From the NCBI GenBank assembly GCA_964019425.1, contig OZ025788.1, positions 1,426,001 to 1,490,000 of the forward strand: a DNA stretch of 64,000 bases. Direction: 5' to 3'. This document shows positions 34,966 through 46,657 of the stretch, in pieces. The stretch's first letter is position 1. Every line of letters starts with the position of its first letter. The translations under genes were made by a program, and so were the position numbers. The DNA is from Flectonema sp. DT1601 (lineage: Eukaryota). Under the pieces are notes generated by a model, which saw nothing but the letters and a program-made list of their open reading frames with translations, was not told where the DNA came from and ran no database searches.

Positions 34966-36153
34966 AAGACAAAATTAGGGAAGACGCTGTTGCACATGTG
35001 CTGCGGTCAGAACTCAAAATTCCTGAGAACGTCTCACTTCGTAAGACATATGAAGCAATTAAACAATACCTCGATAACTTTAGCATTAAACCCAGATGTA
35101 TGATCGTTACCGGATCCCCAGGAGTAGGGAAGACAATCACAATCAAGCAGGCACTTAATGAGAGGAAAGGAGTCATTCATATCAATGGAGAGATCGAATC
35201 GAGTGACCAAGTGAATGATGAATGGTTTAAGTCACTCATCCTCGAAGAGCTTGGAGCAAAAGGAACTTCGCTGTCGTTTAAAAAATTTCTTAAAATCCTC
35301 TCTGAAGAATGTCGGAATGATCCGTTTGTGAAATCATTTGTGATCTATGCCGATATGAAAGTAAATGGGAAAACAAGCGCTGAAGACCTTCAATTGATTG
35401 GGAGCAGAATTGGATCATTTGGACGCTTACTTTCAGAACTACAGTGTCCGTTCATAATGGAAATCAGCAACTCTCATATTTCAGACTCCATCATCAACTC
35501 AAGGGATCTCAGTGGTATCTTCAAAGAGGTTCGCGTTCATATGACACTGGAGGAATTTTCCTTGTGCTGTTACGCGGAGATTAAAGACGAATACAACGAC
35601 ATTATCTTCGCTCAAGGCACGACAATTAATTCAGAAGAATATCTTAACGAGTGCAAAGATGCTCTGACGGAATGGTACTTCATGGTTGGAAACAACCCCC
35701 GCAAACTTAGTTCCGTACTGGAGAAAGTGAAGGAGTCAGAGGGTGGGCAGAAGCAGTTTCATAAAAGTATGTTTTTGAGAGTGGGGACGCGAAGGTCGCG
35801 TAAATGGGTAACAAAACAAAACATAAATAACAACAGAAACTAAGGCATTACACAGGGCATCAACGAGCTCAGTTGTAAGTCTGTCTCAGAAAAGTAAGGA
35901 TTTCTTAGAAAAGGTTGCACGGGCGGGGCCAACTGGATACTACCCAGAAAATAAGGAACTCAAAATAATGAATGCACTCCTCCTCCTCCACCCGGAACCC
36001 GTCATCCGCTATAATGAAGGTGAGGTATCCCTTTGTGAGGTGTCTCACGCCTTTTACTTGATGAGCAACGAACAGTCCGATTCGCACAGCGTTATTGAAG
36101 AAATGAAGCAGTGCGGGTGGGGTAAGTGCTCCTGCTGCCACTGTCCTGTCTAA
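34635..36153 (+). CDS. TM-anchored P-loop NTPase, copy 4 (intact; intron 35767-35836; Cys-rich tail GKCSCCHCPV)
   Basis: Same motifs as copy 1; spliced frame open. Confidence 0.85.
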
Positions 36154-37632
36154 GTCTGTTGTATCATACTTCTCACACCTGAAAGAGACTCGTTCCCCAT
36201 TTCTGTTTTGAATAAATATAAATTAAATTCTCAATCCCGTACCACAATGAGATATGTGAATTGGTACTAAAGTTTACATAGCAACCCCCCCCTTTGGAAT
36301 TGAAGTATCTTTTTATATTTTATTATACCAGTCAAAGTATCTTTCGATATTGGTATATTGTAATGACTTCCAAAGACAATATAATTATGAGCTGTGACGA
36401 TCTTTTCAAGTCTAACAACAGACGTAAGTAGTATCACACTAAGTGTAGTCTCGATAGGTCACACTGCTGCTTATGGTGTTTTCTTCATAATCACCACTAC
36501 GTTGCTTCTCCCTCTCTGCTTTTAAAAAAAGAAAAAAAAAAAAGTAATGTTGCCTCCCCGACAAAATAGACAAAATTAATTTAATTGCGGCTTTTGCTTT
36601 GTAGTCTATTACATTCACCTCCATAGAAACCACACTCTTAAGTAGCTGATAATAATTAGGGTCTATTATTTTTTGTAGACTCTTACGACCTCTTGGGATT
36701 ATGAATCCAAGAATCAGCAACTTTAGGGAGTTTTTTTTTTGTTTGTTTTTTCTTATCAAAATATTTTTTAGTATACATGTTGAACCTGTAAGAGTTGTTA
36801 TGGTGCAAACGAATTTATCTTATTTTGTTTTATTTCATTTTGTTATTTTTTCATACCATATAGATCTTTATTTAAAAAGAGGAACAAGAATAATTTGTAC
36901 TCTTTCTTTGTTGTTGCAAACAAAAAAGAGATTTCCGCTATTACAGGGGTCCAATAATCTTTTTATTTTCGCCGTTCGGTAAAAGGTTTTTCGAACTGTT
37001 GTTTTTTATATGATCATTATCTTTGGAGAGACTTCACCAACAACAACAGCAACAACAACAACACGCACTACTGTCTGAAGAGTTTCTGTGTTGGTGTTTT
37101 CCATTAATTCTGTGGTTGCAGTTTCGTCGAAAAACAAGTTGCAGTAAACAGTGAAATATGAACATTATTAGTCCCCCCAATAGCGAAATTCTCAAAAAAA
37201 AAAAAAAAGTAATCAGCGAGTGATGTGCCTGCTGCAGAAATTTTTTTTTTGTGAGTTGTCAGCTCGTGTCTGCAGCCTGTGTCATACTTCCTCCCCGACG
37301 TTGACTTGCAACCCATTTCTATCTCTGTGTTGCATAATAAGAAATATTTTATTATTTAAAATTTATTTGTTTTGTTTTATTTTTGGTCCGGCGCAGTTAT
37401 GACCATAAACTGACCTTTTGTTTTCATTTCTTGCTGAGTGATATGGCTGTGTGCTGCGCAGTATTTGTGGTACATTTCTAAAGCTTTTCTGTAGACCGCA
37501 GTACAATTATAATGCTTTGGACAACTGCGGGTGAACGATCCTCGATACTGTTCCGAGGGTTATTTTCTTTCGTGGTATGTGGACATGTGACACATAGAGT
37601 CGTATAAAATAAAGATGCTATATATCAGGACC

Positions 37633-38265
37633 TGTCAAAAGTCTGGTACCGTTTTGGTCAACGTAATGTACAACTCAACTAACTAATCCTACGAACTTTT
37701 GCATTCGATTGAATTTTCCCGCTCTCTCCCCTTCTTTTGACTTCCGGGGGTGGGATCTCAATTTACTCGTAATCTTTGTAAAAAAAAAAAAATCCTGCAT
37801 TTTGCTTGTGGCTACAGAGAAACCCAAACATAACACATGCAGCCTTACCAAAAATATCATCCCCTAAATCTATATTTTAATATTTCATTATAAAAATAAA
37901 TAGAATTGTCGGTACAATAATACTTTTAAAGTGATAATTATTATTAGTTTTTAACACTGTGTTCTACACTTTTTGTGTTTCCTTTGGACGTATCACATTC
38001 TGATCAGGAGCTCTGAGTAGAACTCTCGGAAGAGTTACCATCAGTTTTGAGTTGATTTGTATGTGGCGGGAGAAAGTCAATTGCGTTTTGCTTTGTAACA
38101 AGCTACAAGCAAAAAATGTAGAATTCTTTTTCTTTTTTACAAAGATTACGAGTAAATTGAGATCCCACGCCCTGAAATTGAATTTTTTGGAGACAGGGTT
38201 GGGTTCGATTGAGTTGTACATGCCCGCAGTTTACCGTTGACCAAAACGGTACCAGACTTTTGACA
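37633..38265. mobile_element. MITE-like non-autonomous element, ~630 bp, with long imperfect terminal inverted repeats
   Basis: Perfect 31-bp IR TGTCAAAAGTCTGGTACCGTTTTGGTCAACG (37633-37663 / 38235-38265), plus inner IR 37752-37811 / 38101-38166; no ORF. Confidence 0.8.
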
Positions 38266-41029
38266 ACCACTCACATGGAACAAAAAAAGATTTTCTTTTG
38301 TACCGACGTAATCGGAGAAAAAACTATTCAGATTGAAAGCTGGTATTTCTTATGATCATATTTTAATTTCCCCGTGCGACAGGATTTTGTCTGCGAAATA
38401 TAAGGCTAATCTGAATGGGTTTTTTCACCTTTTCCCACTACACTCCCAGATCATTTCTCTTTTTTTTCTTTCTTTAATTGTTTTCAACCTGTTAGCCTCT
38501 GGGCAAGGTGGGAGCTGGGAGTCGATCACTTCCAGCCGAAGCTATAAAACTACAATCTACGCGATTGGGTCCTTACTGATGCGGGTTATCGTAGTCATCA
38601 GTTCTGTATTTACTAACTTACTAATTTTAGCCCGAATGCCAAGCAATATTTGTTTGTTGTCTTATGAAATTTTGTATTTGATTGACTGATAATTATTAAT
38701 ACTGACTGAGTAACTTTTAAATCCAGTAGCTCGTGTATGAAGTCACTTAGAACTTACTGATGAAGGCCTAAAAAGGGACAAGTAGTATGAGATTACGGCA
38801 AGAAATAAAGTTGTTGGATCCTCATCCCACTTTTTCTTTTTTGAAAAAAAAAGACCGAAGTCTCAGAAGCGTATGCCTGCTTAGTTGCAAGCGAGACTAT
38901 CACATGAGCTCAACCTCGTTCTCTGTGTTGTATCATAATAGTACTCTGTTGCTTACTTATGCATCGTTGTTAAATATATAAGTTTGATTACAAAATGTGT
39001 TTTTTTTTTTTTTTTTTTCCTATGAACTGACATTTTTGTTTACTAATAAATTGCTAACTTGTTTTCTTTAAATGTATTTTTTAAATTACAATAAACTCAT
39101 ACTATTTAAAATATTATTTAAAAGAAAAACAAAACGCCGGAGCTACAATGGAATATAGAAAAGATGTTTATTTATAAATTACTCCAATCTCCACACGTTT
39201 ACTGGTCATTTATTTTTTCCTTTTTGTTTTCTTCCTGTGGGGCTGTTGGCAAGGTGAAACTTTCAGCTTTAAAAACACAACCTCCGTGTCCGTGATCGGG
39301 TCCTCTACTGGTGCGGGTTACCCGAGTCATCAGTTCAGGACTTGCTAATTAAATTAATTCGAATCGAAGAGTACGAAGGAGGTTAACAACAAGCACTCTG
39401 TCGTTTTATTTTGTTCTTTTTTCTTTCTTCCTTTGTAAGCAACTGCTTTGATTTCGTAAAAAGAAAAGAAAATTAATCCAATTTAGCTGGTGACTCAAGC
39501 TTTTTGGGATTTCTTAAAGCAGCCTGCTGTGGTTGAGTTGGTAGAATACTTTCGAGGATCTTTTTTTTTATCATTTTTTCTTTAAGAAATAATTTCTCAT
39601 TTCATTCTTTCCGTCTCTTTCTAAAATATACATCTGTTGTAAGGAGTGGGGCGCTCACACTACCATATACGACAAGGAATTCTGGATACTTGTACTAATA
39701 TTATTGTAGTTCTGTACGAGTCACACTTGTTTGTGTTGTCTTTATGATTTGTTGATTTCTTTCTGTTCGCTCTCTAAAAAACTTCGTCGAGAAGATTTAA
39801 TTTCGGCTTTTTCTTTTTTGAAGACAAAACTTTTTGACGGTTTTCCAATTTTTTTTTTCTTCCTTTCCAAACAACTCAAATAAAGCCGCTGATGAAGTGA
39901 TCTTTCGCTGAAGTAATCTTTCACCTGGTAAAAGCAAGGTTAATAAGTTAGTAATTGAGAAGAAGAGGATTTGGCGGATTAAGGTTGAAGCCTGTTCCTT
40001 GGTATTCTCTATCAGGGCTTAAGTCCCAGAATGTGCTGCCGCATCAGTATCTTCCGTAGTCGAAACATCCTCCAATTTGTCTCTTATCGTCTGTGAGAGT
40101 CTCACGATTGATGGTGGCGATCTAACTGTTACCCTGTTGAGCTTTTACTGACTTTTGGCTTCCTAGGCTACGTAAAAGAAAAGAGAAAAAATAAGAACGA
40201 TAAAGAAAACAGAAAAAAATAAGAAAGGTAAAGGAAAGTTTTTTTAGAATATACATCTGAAGCAGCCTAGCTGGTGTGGAATACTTCATTCGAACCTTTT
40301 TATTTTTCTTTCTCTAATATTATTTATCTTGTCGTTCTTTCCTCCTTAATATTTTAAGTCATTTAGTTATCAATACTTTTTGTTCCATCGCAGGCTGTAG
40401 TTGGTTGGTCCCGAATAACTATTACCCTCCACGTGAAGTTTTCCTCTTCTTTGGATTTCTGGACTTCCTTAATTGGCGTTATCAGCCGTCTCTAACAGTG
40501 TCTGCTTGCGTGGGCAGTGAGTTTAGGTAGTCATGTGTTCCAGGTTATTCTACGTATCTTATCGTTTGTGGCTTCGTAAATAAATTGATAAAATAATTGA
40601 TAAAAGAAATGATACCTCTTTGTGGTCTCTTTTTTTGGTTATTTCAACAAAAGAAAAGCAACAAAAAAACAATAGCGTGAACAGCGGAACAATGTGTTTT
40701 TATAACTTTTTCTTTCCTTTTTTTTGTACCTACAAACCCATTGTTCGGTAGAAAGAGAATTGTGGCAGCGTAACTAACCTGTTCCTTTATCAGGATTTTC
40801 TACTGGTTGCGCACAAGTAAAATAAAAGTGTGAGTGGGTAAGTAAAAAAGTGAAGTTTGCCGATTCTTTTTTTTCTTATATTTTGATTTAGTGCACTTTT
40901 TATAACAAACGAAGTATTTTTTCAAAAACAAGAAAGGATGAAATTAACAATAGTTTGGCGTAATTTCAAACTGCTGTGTAGGTCATCAGGGCTTACGAAA
41001 GTAATCTCTGAATTGATTTCGTAAGACCT

Positions 41030-41280
41030 TGGTCCGGCGCAGTTATGACCTTAAACTGACTGACATCTTTCCTGAACCTTTTGGGTTTCATTTCTCGCTG
41101 AGTAATATGGCTGTGTGCTGCCCAATTCCCGTGGTACATTTCTAAAGCTTTTCGGTAAGCCCGCAGTACAATTATAATGCTTTGGACAACTGCGGGTGAA
41201 CGATCCTCGGTGCTGTTCCGGGGTTTTCTATTTTCTTTCGTGGAGTGTGGGCATATGGCACATGTGGTCGTATTATAAAG
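41030..41280 (+). repeat. Dispersed non-coding repeat family; other copies at ~37385-37610, 42492-42810, 49270-49550 and partial 54257-54320
   Basis: Shared GTCCGGCGCAGTT...GTGGTACATTTCTAAAGCTTTTC...CAGTACAATTATAATGCTTTGGACAACTG... Confidence 0.85.
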
Positions 41281-41475
41281 AAAGAAGATTTTCTATTTTT
41301 TTCACCTTCCCCCCACTCCCAGATCATTTCTCTTTTATTTTCTTTAGTTGTTTACAACCTGTTAGCCGTAGATTCTGAATGACCCGTAAGGAACATTACT
41401 TATGGTGTGGAGTTATTTTGTTCTGAAATGGGTTTTCACAACAAGTACTTTTGTATACTTATTTATTTATTGTGT

Positions 41476-41626
41476 GTAGCAACGACGGGCGGTGTGTACA
41501 AAGGGCAGGAACGTAATCAGTGCAAGCTGATGACTTGCGCCTACTAGGCATTCCTCATTCCTCATTCCTCATTCCTCATTCCTCATTCAAGGAGAATAAT
41601 TGTAATCATCGATCCTCATCACGACG
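41476..41626 (-). pseudogene. Fragment of the 3' region of 18S (SSU) rRNA, interrupted by a 7-bp tandem expansion
   Basis: GACGGGCGGTGTGTACAAAGGGCAGGAACGTAATC is the reverse complement of the universally conserved SSU ~1390 region, followed by CATTCCTC...AATAATTG...CATCACG; ~150 bp only. Confidence 0.88.
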
Positions 41627-42827
41627 CTTCCTCACAATTTTTGAAAAAAGACAGAAGACCTGGTTTAACTCACGCCCGACTACCTGACCATCTCCCCATC
41701 AGATTGGGGACTCAATTATTTTCTCTTTGGAACATTAATAACAGATGAGCGGCAGCCATCAGGTGCTGCTCATCCGGGGTTTTAAGGTTCTGCGGCTAAG
41801 ATGTTGCCCGACCTGGCCTTCATCTGGACGGTGGGTTTAGTAAGTCATGTGTTTCAGGTTATTCTACGTCTCTTATCGTAAGAGTGGTAGCGATAGAACT
41901 GTTATCCTGTGAGCTTTTCCTGACTTTTGGCTCCTGGGATTCATAAATAAATAAATAAAGTTCGAAAGGAATCACAATGTTTTGTTTTAACACACGCGCT
42001 GCAATTTACGACAAGAAAAGGAATTCTAACATTTCTTCCCTTTTTTTACAAAAGTCAGAATAGAAGAGTAATTATAAAGAGAGTGTCTCTAAACTTCTTG
42101 TCACTGTCAGGAGTTAGTATTGTGATGTCAACCTTTAGGTTCGTGTGTTGTAGTAATGTAAATTAATATTCGTACTAACTTGTGAAGTGATGTTGGGAAG
42201 TTCTCTCTTCGGTTTCAGTCATCAGTTCTGGACTTGCTAACTAACTAAGTTGGTTCGTCGGAGTGTTTTATGGAACAGAAGAACAACGTGTATTATAACT
42301 TTTCTTTTTTTATATTTTGATTGAGAGTACGAAGGAGGTTAACAGCAGCTCTCTCTCGTTTTATTTTCTATTCGCCCTCAAAAACTTCGTCGAAGATATT
42401 TAAGTTCGGTTTTTTCTTTTTTGAAGACGAAACTTTTTGACGGTTTCCCAAATTTATTTTTCTTCGGATTGCCTATTCAAATGACAGGCAGTCCGGCGCA
42501 GTTACCTTAAACTGACTGTCATCTTGCCTGATCCTTTTGGTTTTCATTTCTTGCTGAGTGACATGGCTATGTGCTGCCCAATTCTCGTGGTACATTTCTA
42601 AAGCTTTTCGGTAAGCCCACAGTACAATTATAATGCTTTGGACAACTGGGGGTGAACGATCCTCGATACTGTTCCGGGGTTTTCTATTTTCTTTCGTGGA
42701 GTGTGGGCATATGGCACATGTGGTCGTATTATAAAGAAAGATGTATATGAAAGAAAGAAGATTTTTTATTTTTTTCACCTTCCCCCCACTCCCAGATCAT
42801 TTCTCTTTTATTTTCGGGGAAGTCAAA

Positions 42828-44640
42828 ACCCCGTGGTCTTTCCCGGGGTTTTGACTTCCCCGACTCCAAAAAGAAAACAAGCCACTGATGAAGTAATCTT
42901 TCAACTGGTTGATAAGTGTGCTTTACTGATCATCGTAACTAAGTATGCTTTGATTTCATAAAAAGAAAAGAAAAATAATCCAGTTTAGCTGGTGACACTT
43001 AAAGCCTGCTGTGGTTGAGTTGGTAGAATACTTGTAAGGATCTTTTTTTTTTTATCATTTTTCTTTTTTGGGAAAACCTCTAATTCCACCAAAATAGTTT
43101 GCGAAATCGCAAGGAAATCAGAACTTCGACAGTTTTGAATTATTTCTGTCATGTTGAGTTGTCTTGAGTGGTTATATATTTTTGTGATGAGTTGGCAATT
43201 TCGCAAACTATTTTTGTGGAATTAGGAGGTTTTCCCTTTTTATTTTCTTTTATCTGTTGTGTGTCACCTAAAGACCGTATTATTAATAAAATATGAAACC
43301 ATTGCTAGTGATGGTTTACTTCCCTCGTCTGTAAGGATCATAAGAAGGACTCATTAGATATTAAAGGATCCCTCGGTAGATGTACTTCAAGGGAAAGTAA
43401 ACTAGAGCAGCAATACTTTAACACTACTTTTACACATTTGTATAATCAATATTTAATACGATACGGTTGTATTCTACACTTCAGTCCCGTAAGCCGAACA
43501 TCATGGGTAACTACACTTTCCTCCCGTCCTCCTCTCCTGAAAAAATAAAGAAAAATTGTATCTGCGCTGTACCATCGTCGAGTCCCAAAATAAGAATAAA
43601 TCGAACAGTGGACGAGTCATCTATGGCGCTCTACCATTATCTTCTGATGAGTCTTTCATTTGATTAATCATTTCCGTCAACATTAAAGTTAGTTCTTTTC
43701 TTATTTCTTAACAGCTGCAGGGGTCGCGTTCCTCGCCTCAACAGGAGCTATGATGTGGGAGATGAATACAATTTTATGATTTGTAGTAGAGACTTCAGAT
43801 GTTTGCGGGGAACCAATTAATTTGTTAGTCAGATTGCGTGACTTTTGATCCTTTAAAAGGACGCAACTTGACGAAGGACCTGCAAACCGACAGCACTGAC
43901 CTGAAATCAGATTGAAGTCACCAACTGAGAGTATTCGAAGATCTCTCTCTGATGAGACTCTAAGAAAACCAACTACAGATGTGTAGCATGCAGGCAATAG
44001 TTTTTTAAAAGAACGGATGAAATAAAAGTGTTTTTCGATCTACTTCGAGTAGCAGTTTTCTTAAAGCTTTACGTAAAGGTGAAAATGGTTATCATTTTCT
44101 TTCTTCGGTTGTTTTGTTTTCTTTTATTTATTTCAACTCATATCACTGCAGGTCGTATGCAGCAGCGGGTATGGTTAAAAAGGAAAGTTTCAAAAAGAAC
44201 AAAAGATCCTTTTGAACGATGTAAAGTGATGAGATACCTTTCCGTCTGTTCATTTCATATCCGGGGGTTTGATGGTCACTCCAGTTGTGAAGAACATCAG
44301 ATGTGATGGAAATCCTGAAATGAGTTGACGGAGCATTCGATTGATAATATAATGAAACTTTGAAACAATTCTTGCGTTCTTCAGACAACAAACACATGTC
44401 GACAGTCAGTGAGCCGCAGACGAAATACCGTTTTCTTCCCTTTGTCAAATGCACAGATCACTTGATATGTATAGGTTTTGCAGTATTTATTCTTTTTGGG
44501 GTTGTAGCTGTAGCCTGGGATAAGACTGATTCTGAGATAGGCAGCGCGATTGCGCTTGGAGCAGCCACAGTTTTCATGATTTTCGTAATGATGGTGTTGG
44601 TCTATCTACCAAGAAATCGTATCGCTGAGGAAATGTTAGC
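42828..44640 (+). repeat. Segmental duplication, copied at ~49910-51722 (offset 7082)
   Basis: Almost base-identical, continuing into the 5' ends of NTPase copies 5 and 7. Confidence 0.95.
43070..43236. mobile_element. 167-bp MITE-like element with ~41-bp TIRs
   Basis: GGGAAAACCTCTAATTCCACCAAAATAGTTTGCGAAATCGC ... GCAATTTCGCAAACTATTTTTGTGGAATTAGGAGGTTTTCCC, in T-rich flanks. Confidence 0.8.
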
Positions 44641-45941
44641 CGTCTCAAAATTCAGAGCAAAATTGACAGAAGATTCTAATAAAATAAATAGGGAAGCACT
44701 CGAAAACAACCAAAAACAACAAATGGAAGACACCATTATGAATGACGCTGTTGCATATGTGCAGCAGGTCAAATTCAATATTCCTGAGAAAGTCTTTCCT
44801 CGTAAAGAAAGTAATTCGATTTATCAATATCTCGATAAGTTACTTCGTAATAAATATGAAGCAATTAAACAACATCTCGATAACTTTAGCATTGAACCCA
44901 GATTTATGATCGTTACCGGATCCCCAGGAGTAGGGAAGACAATCACAATCAAGCAGGCACTTAATAAGATGAAAGGAGTCATTCCTATTTATGTAAACAT
45001 CGAATCGAGTGACCAAGTGAATCATGAATGGTTTAAGTCACTCATCCTCGAAGAGCTTGGAGCAAAAGAATCTTTACTGTCGTTTAAAAAATTTCTTAAA
45101 ACCCTCTCTGAAGAATGTCGGAATGATCCGTTTGTGATCTATGCCGATATGAAAGTAAATGGGACAATAAGCGCTGAAGACCTTCAATTGATTGGGAGCA
45201 GTATTGGGTCATTTGGACGCTTACTTTCAGAACTACAGTGTCCGTTCATAATAGAAATCAGCAACTCTCATATTTCAAACTCCATCATCAACTCAAGGGA
45301 TCTCAGTGGTATCTTCAAAGAGGTTCGCGTTCATATGACACTGGAGGAATTTTCCTTGTGCTGTTACGCGGAGATTAAAGACGAATACAACGACATTATC
45401 TTCGCTCAAGGCACGACAATTAGTTCAGAAGAATATCTTAACGAGTACAAAGATGCTCTGACGGAATGGTACTTCATGGTTGGAAACAACCCCCGCCAAC
45501 TTAGATTAGCACTGGAGAGCGTGAAGCAGTCAGAGGGTGGGCAGAAGCAGTTTCATGAAAGTATGTTTTTGAGAGGGACGCGAAGGTCGCGTAAATGGGT
45601 AACAAAACAAAACATAAATAACAACAGAAACTAAGGCATTCCACAGAGCATCAACGAGCTCAGTTATAAATCTGTGTGAGGAAAGTAAGGATTTCTTAGA
45701 AAAGGTTGCACGGGCGGGGCCAACTGGATACGGCCCAGAAATTGAGGAACTTAAAACAGTGGAAGCCCTCCTCCTCCACCCGGAACCCGTCATCCGCTAT
45801 AATAAAAGTGAGGTATCCCTTTGTGAGGTGTCTCACGCCTATTACTTGATGAGCAACGAACAGTCCGAGTCGCACAGCGTTATTGAGGAAATGAAGCAGT
45901 GCGGATGGGGTAAGTGCTCCTGCTGCCACTGTCCTGTCTAA
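44396..45941 (+). CDS. TM-anchored P-loop NTPase, copy 5 (intact; intron 45561-45627; Cys-rich tail)
   Basis: Same motifs as copy 1; spliced frame open to GKCSCCHCPV*. Confidence 0.85.
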
Positions 45942-46630
45942 GTCTGTTGTATCATACTTCTCACCCCTGAAAGAGACTCGTTCCCCATTTCTGTTTTGAA
46001 TAAATATAAATTAAATTCTCAATCCCGTACCACAATGAGATATGTGAATTGGTACTAAAGTTTACATAGCAACCCCCCCCTTTGGAATTGAAGCATCTTT
46101 TTATATTTTATTATACCAGTCAAAGTATCTTTCGATATTTTGGTATATTGTTGCGTGAAGTAGAACAATATATATCAGTCATTCCTTTTTTTTGCGAACA
46201 AATTTTGGACATTGAAAAAGATTTTCAAAAAAAAATTGTAAAAATTTCGATCGAAGCGGCATTTTAATGCGCTGCATCGTTGGGTTCATTTCCGTCCGAA
46301 ATCGGGAGGTTGGCATCACATACTTGTCACCCGAATTGAGAAAAGAGATTTTGTGGTTTACTAAATCAGCTCAGCCGTGGACAAGTACCAAAACTAAAAA
46401 TTAATCGAAGGGTCTAATTTTACACTGCTGGCCCAGCGGGATCCAGAGAAAAAATAATCGAGCAAAAATATATTAAAGAGTACTAAGCATGTGCCGGTGA
46501 GGCAGATTGTTACTACCTGTCTTTTTGGACCTACTTTGATACTTAATGAAAACACTTGTACAACACTTTCTTTATATGAAGTCACAACTTATGATGAATT
46601 ATGAGCTATCTGAGCCACATGAAGTGATAT

Positions 46631-46657
46631 CATCATCATCATCATCATCATCATCAT
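46631..46657 (+). repeat. (CAT)9 microsatellite
   Basis: Directly visible. Confidence 0.9.

Noticed and set aside
38755..38790. Hammerhead-like CTGATGA...GGCC
   Set aside because: No GAAA core or closing stems.
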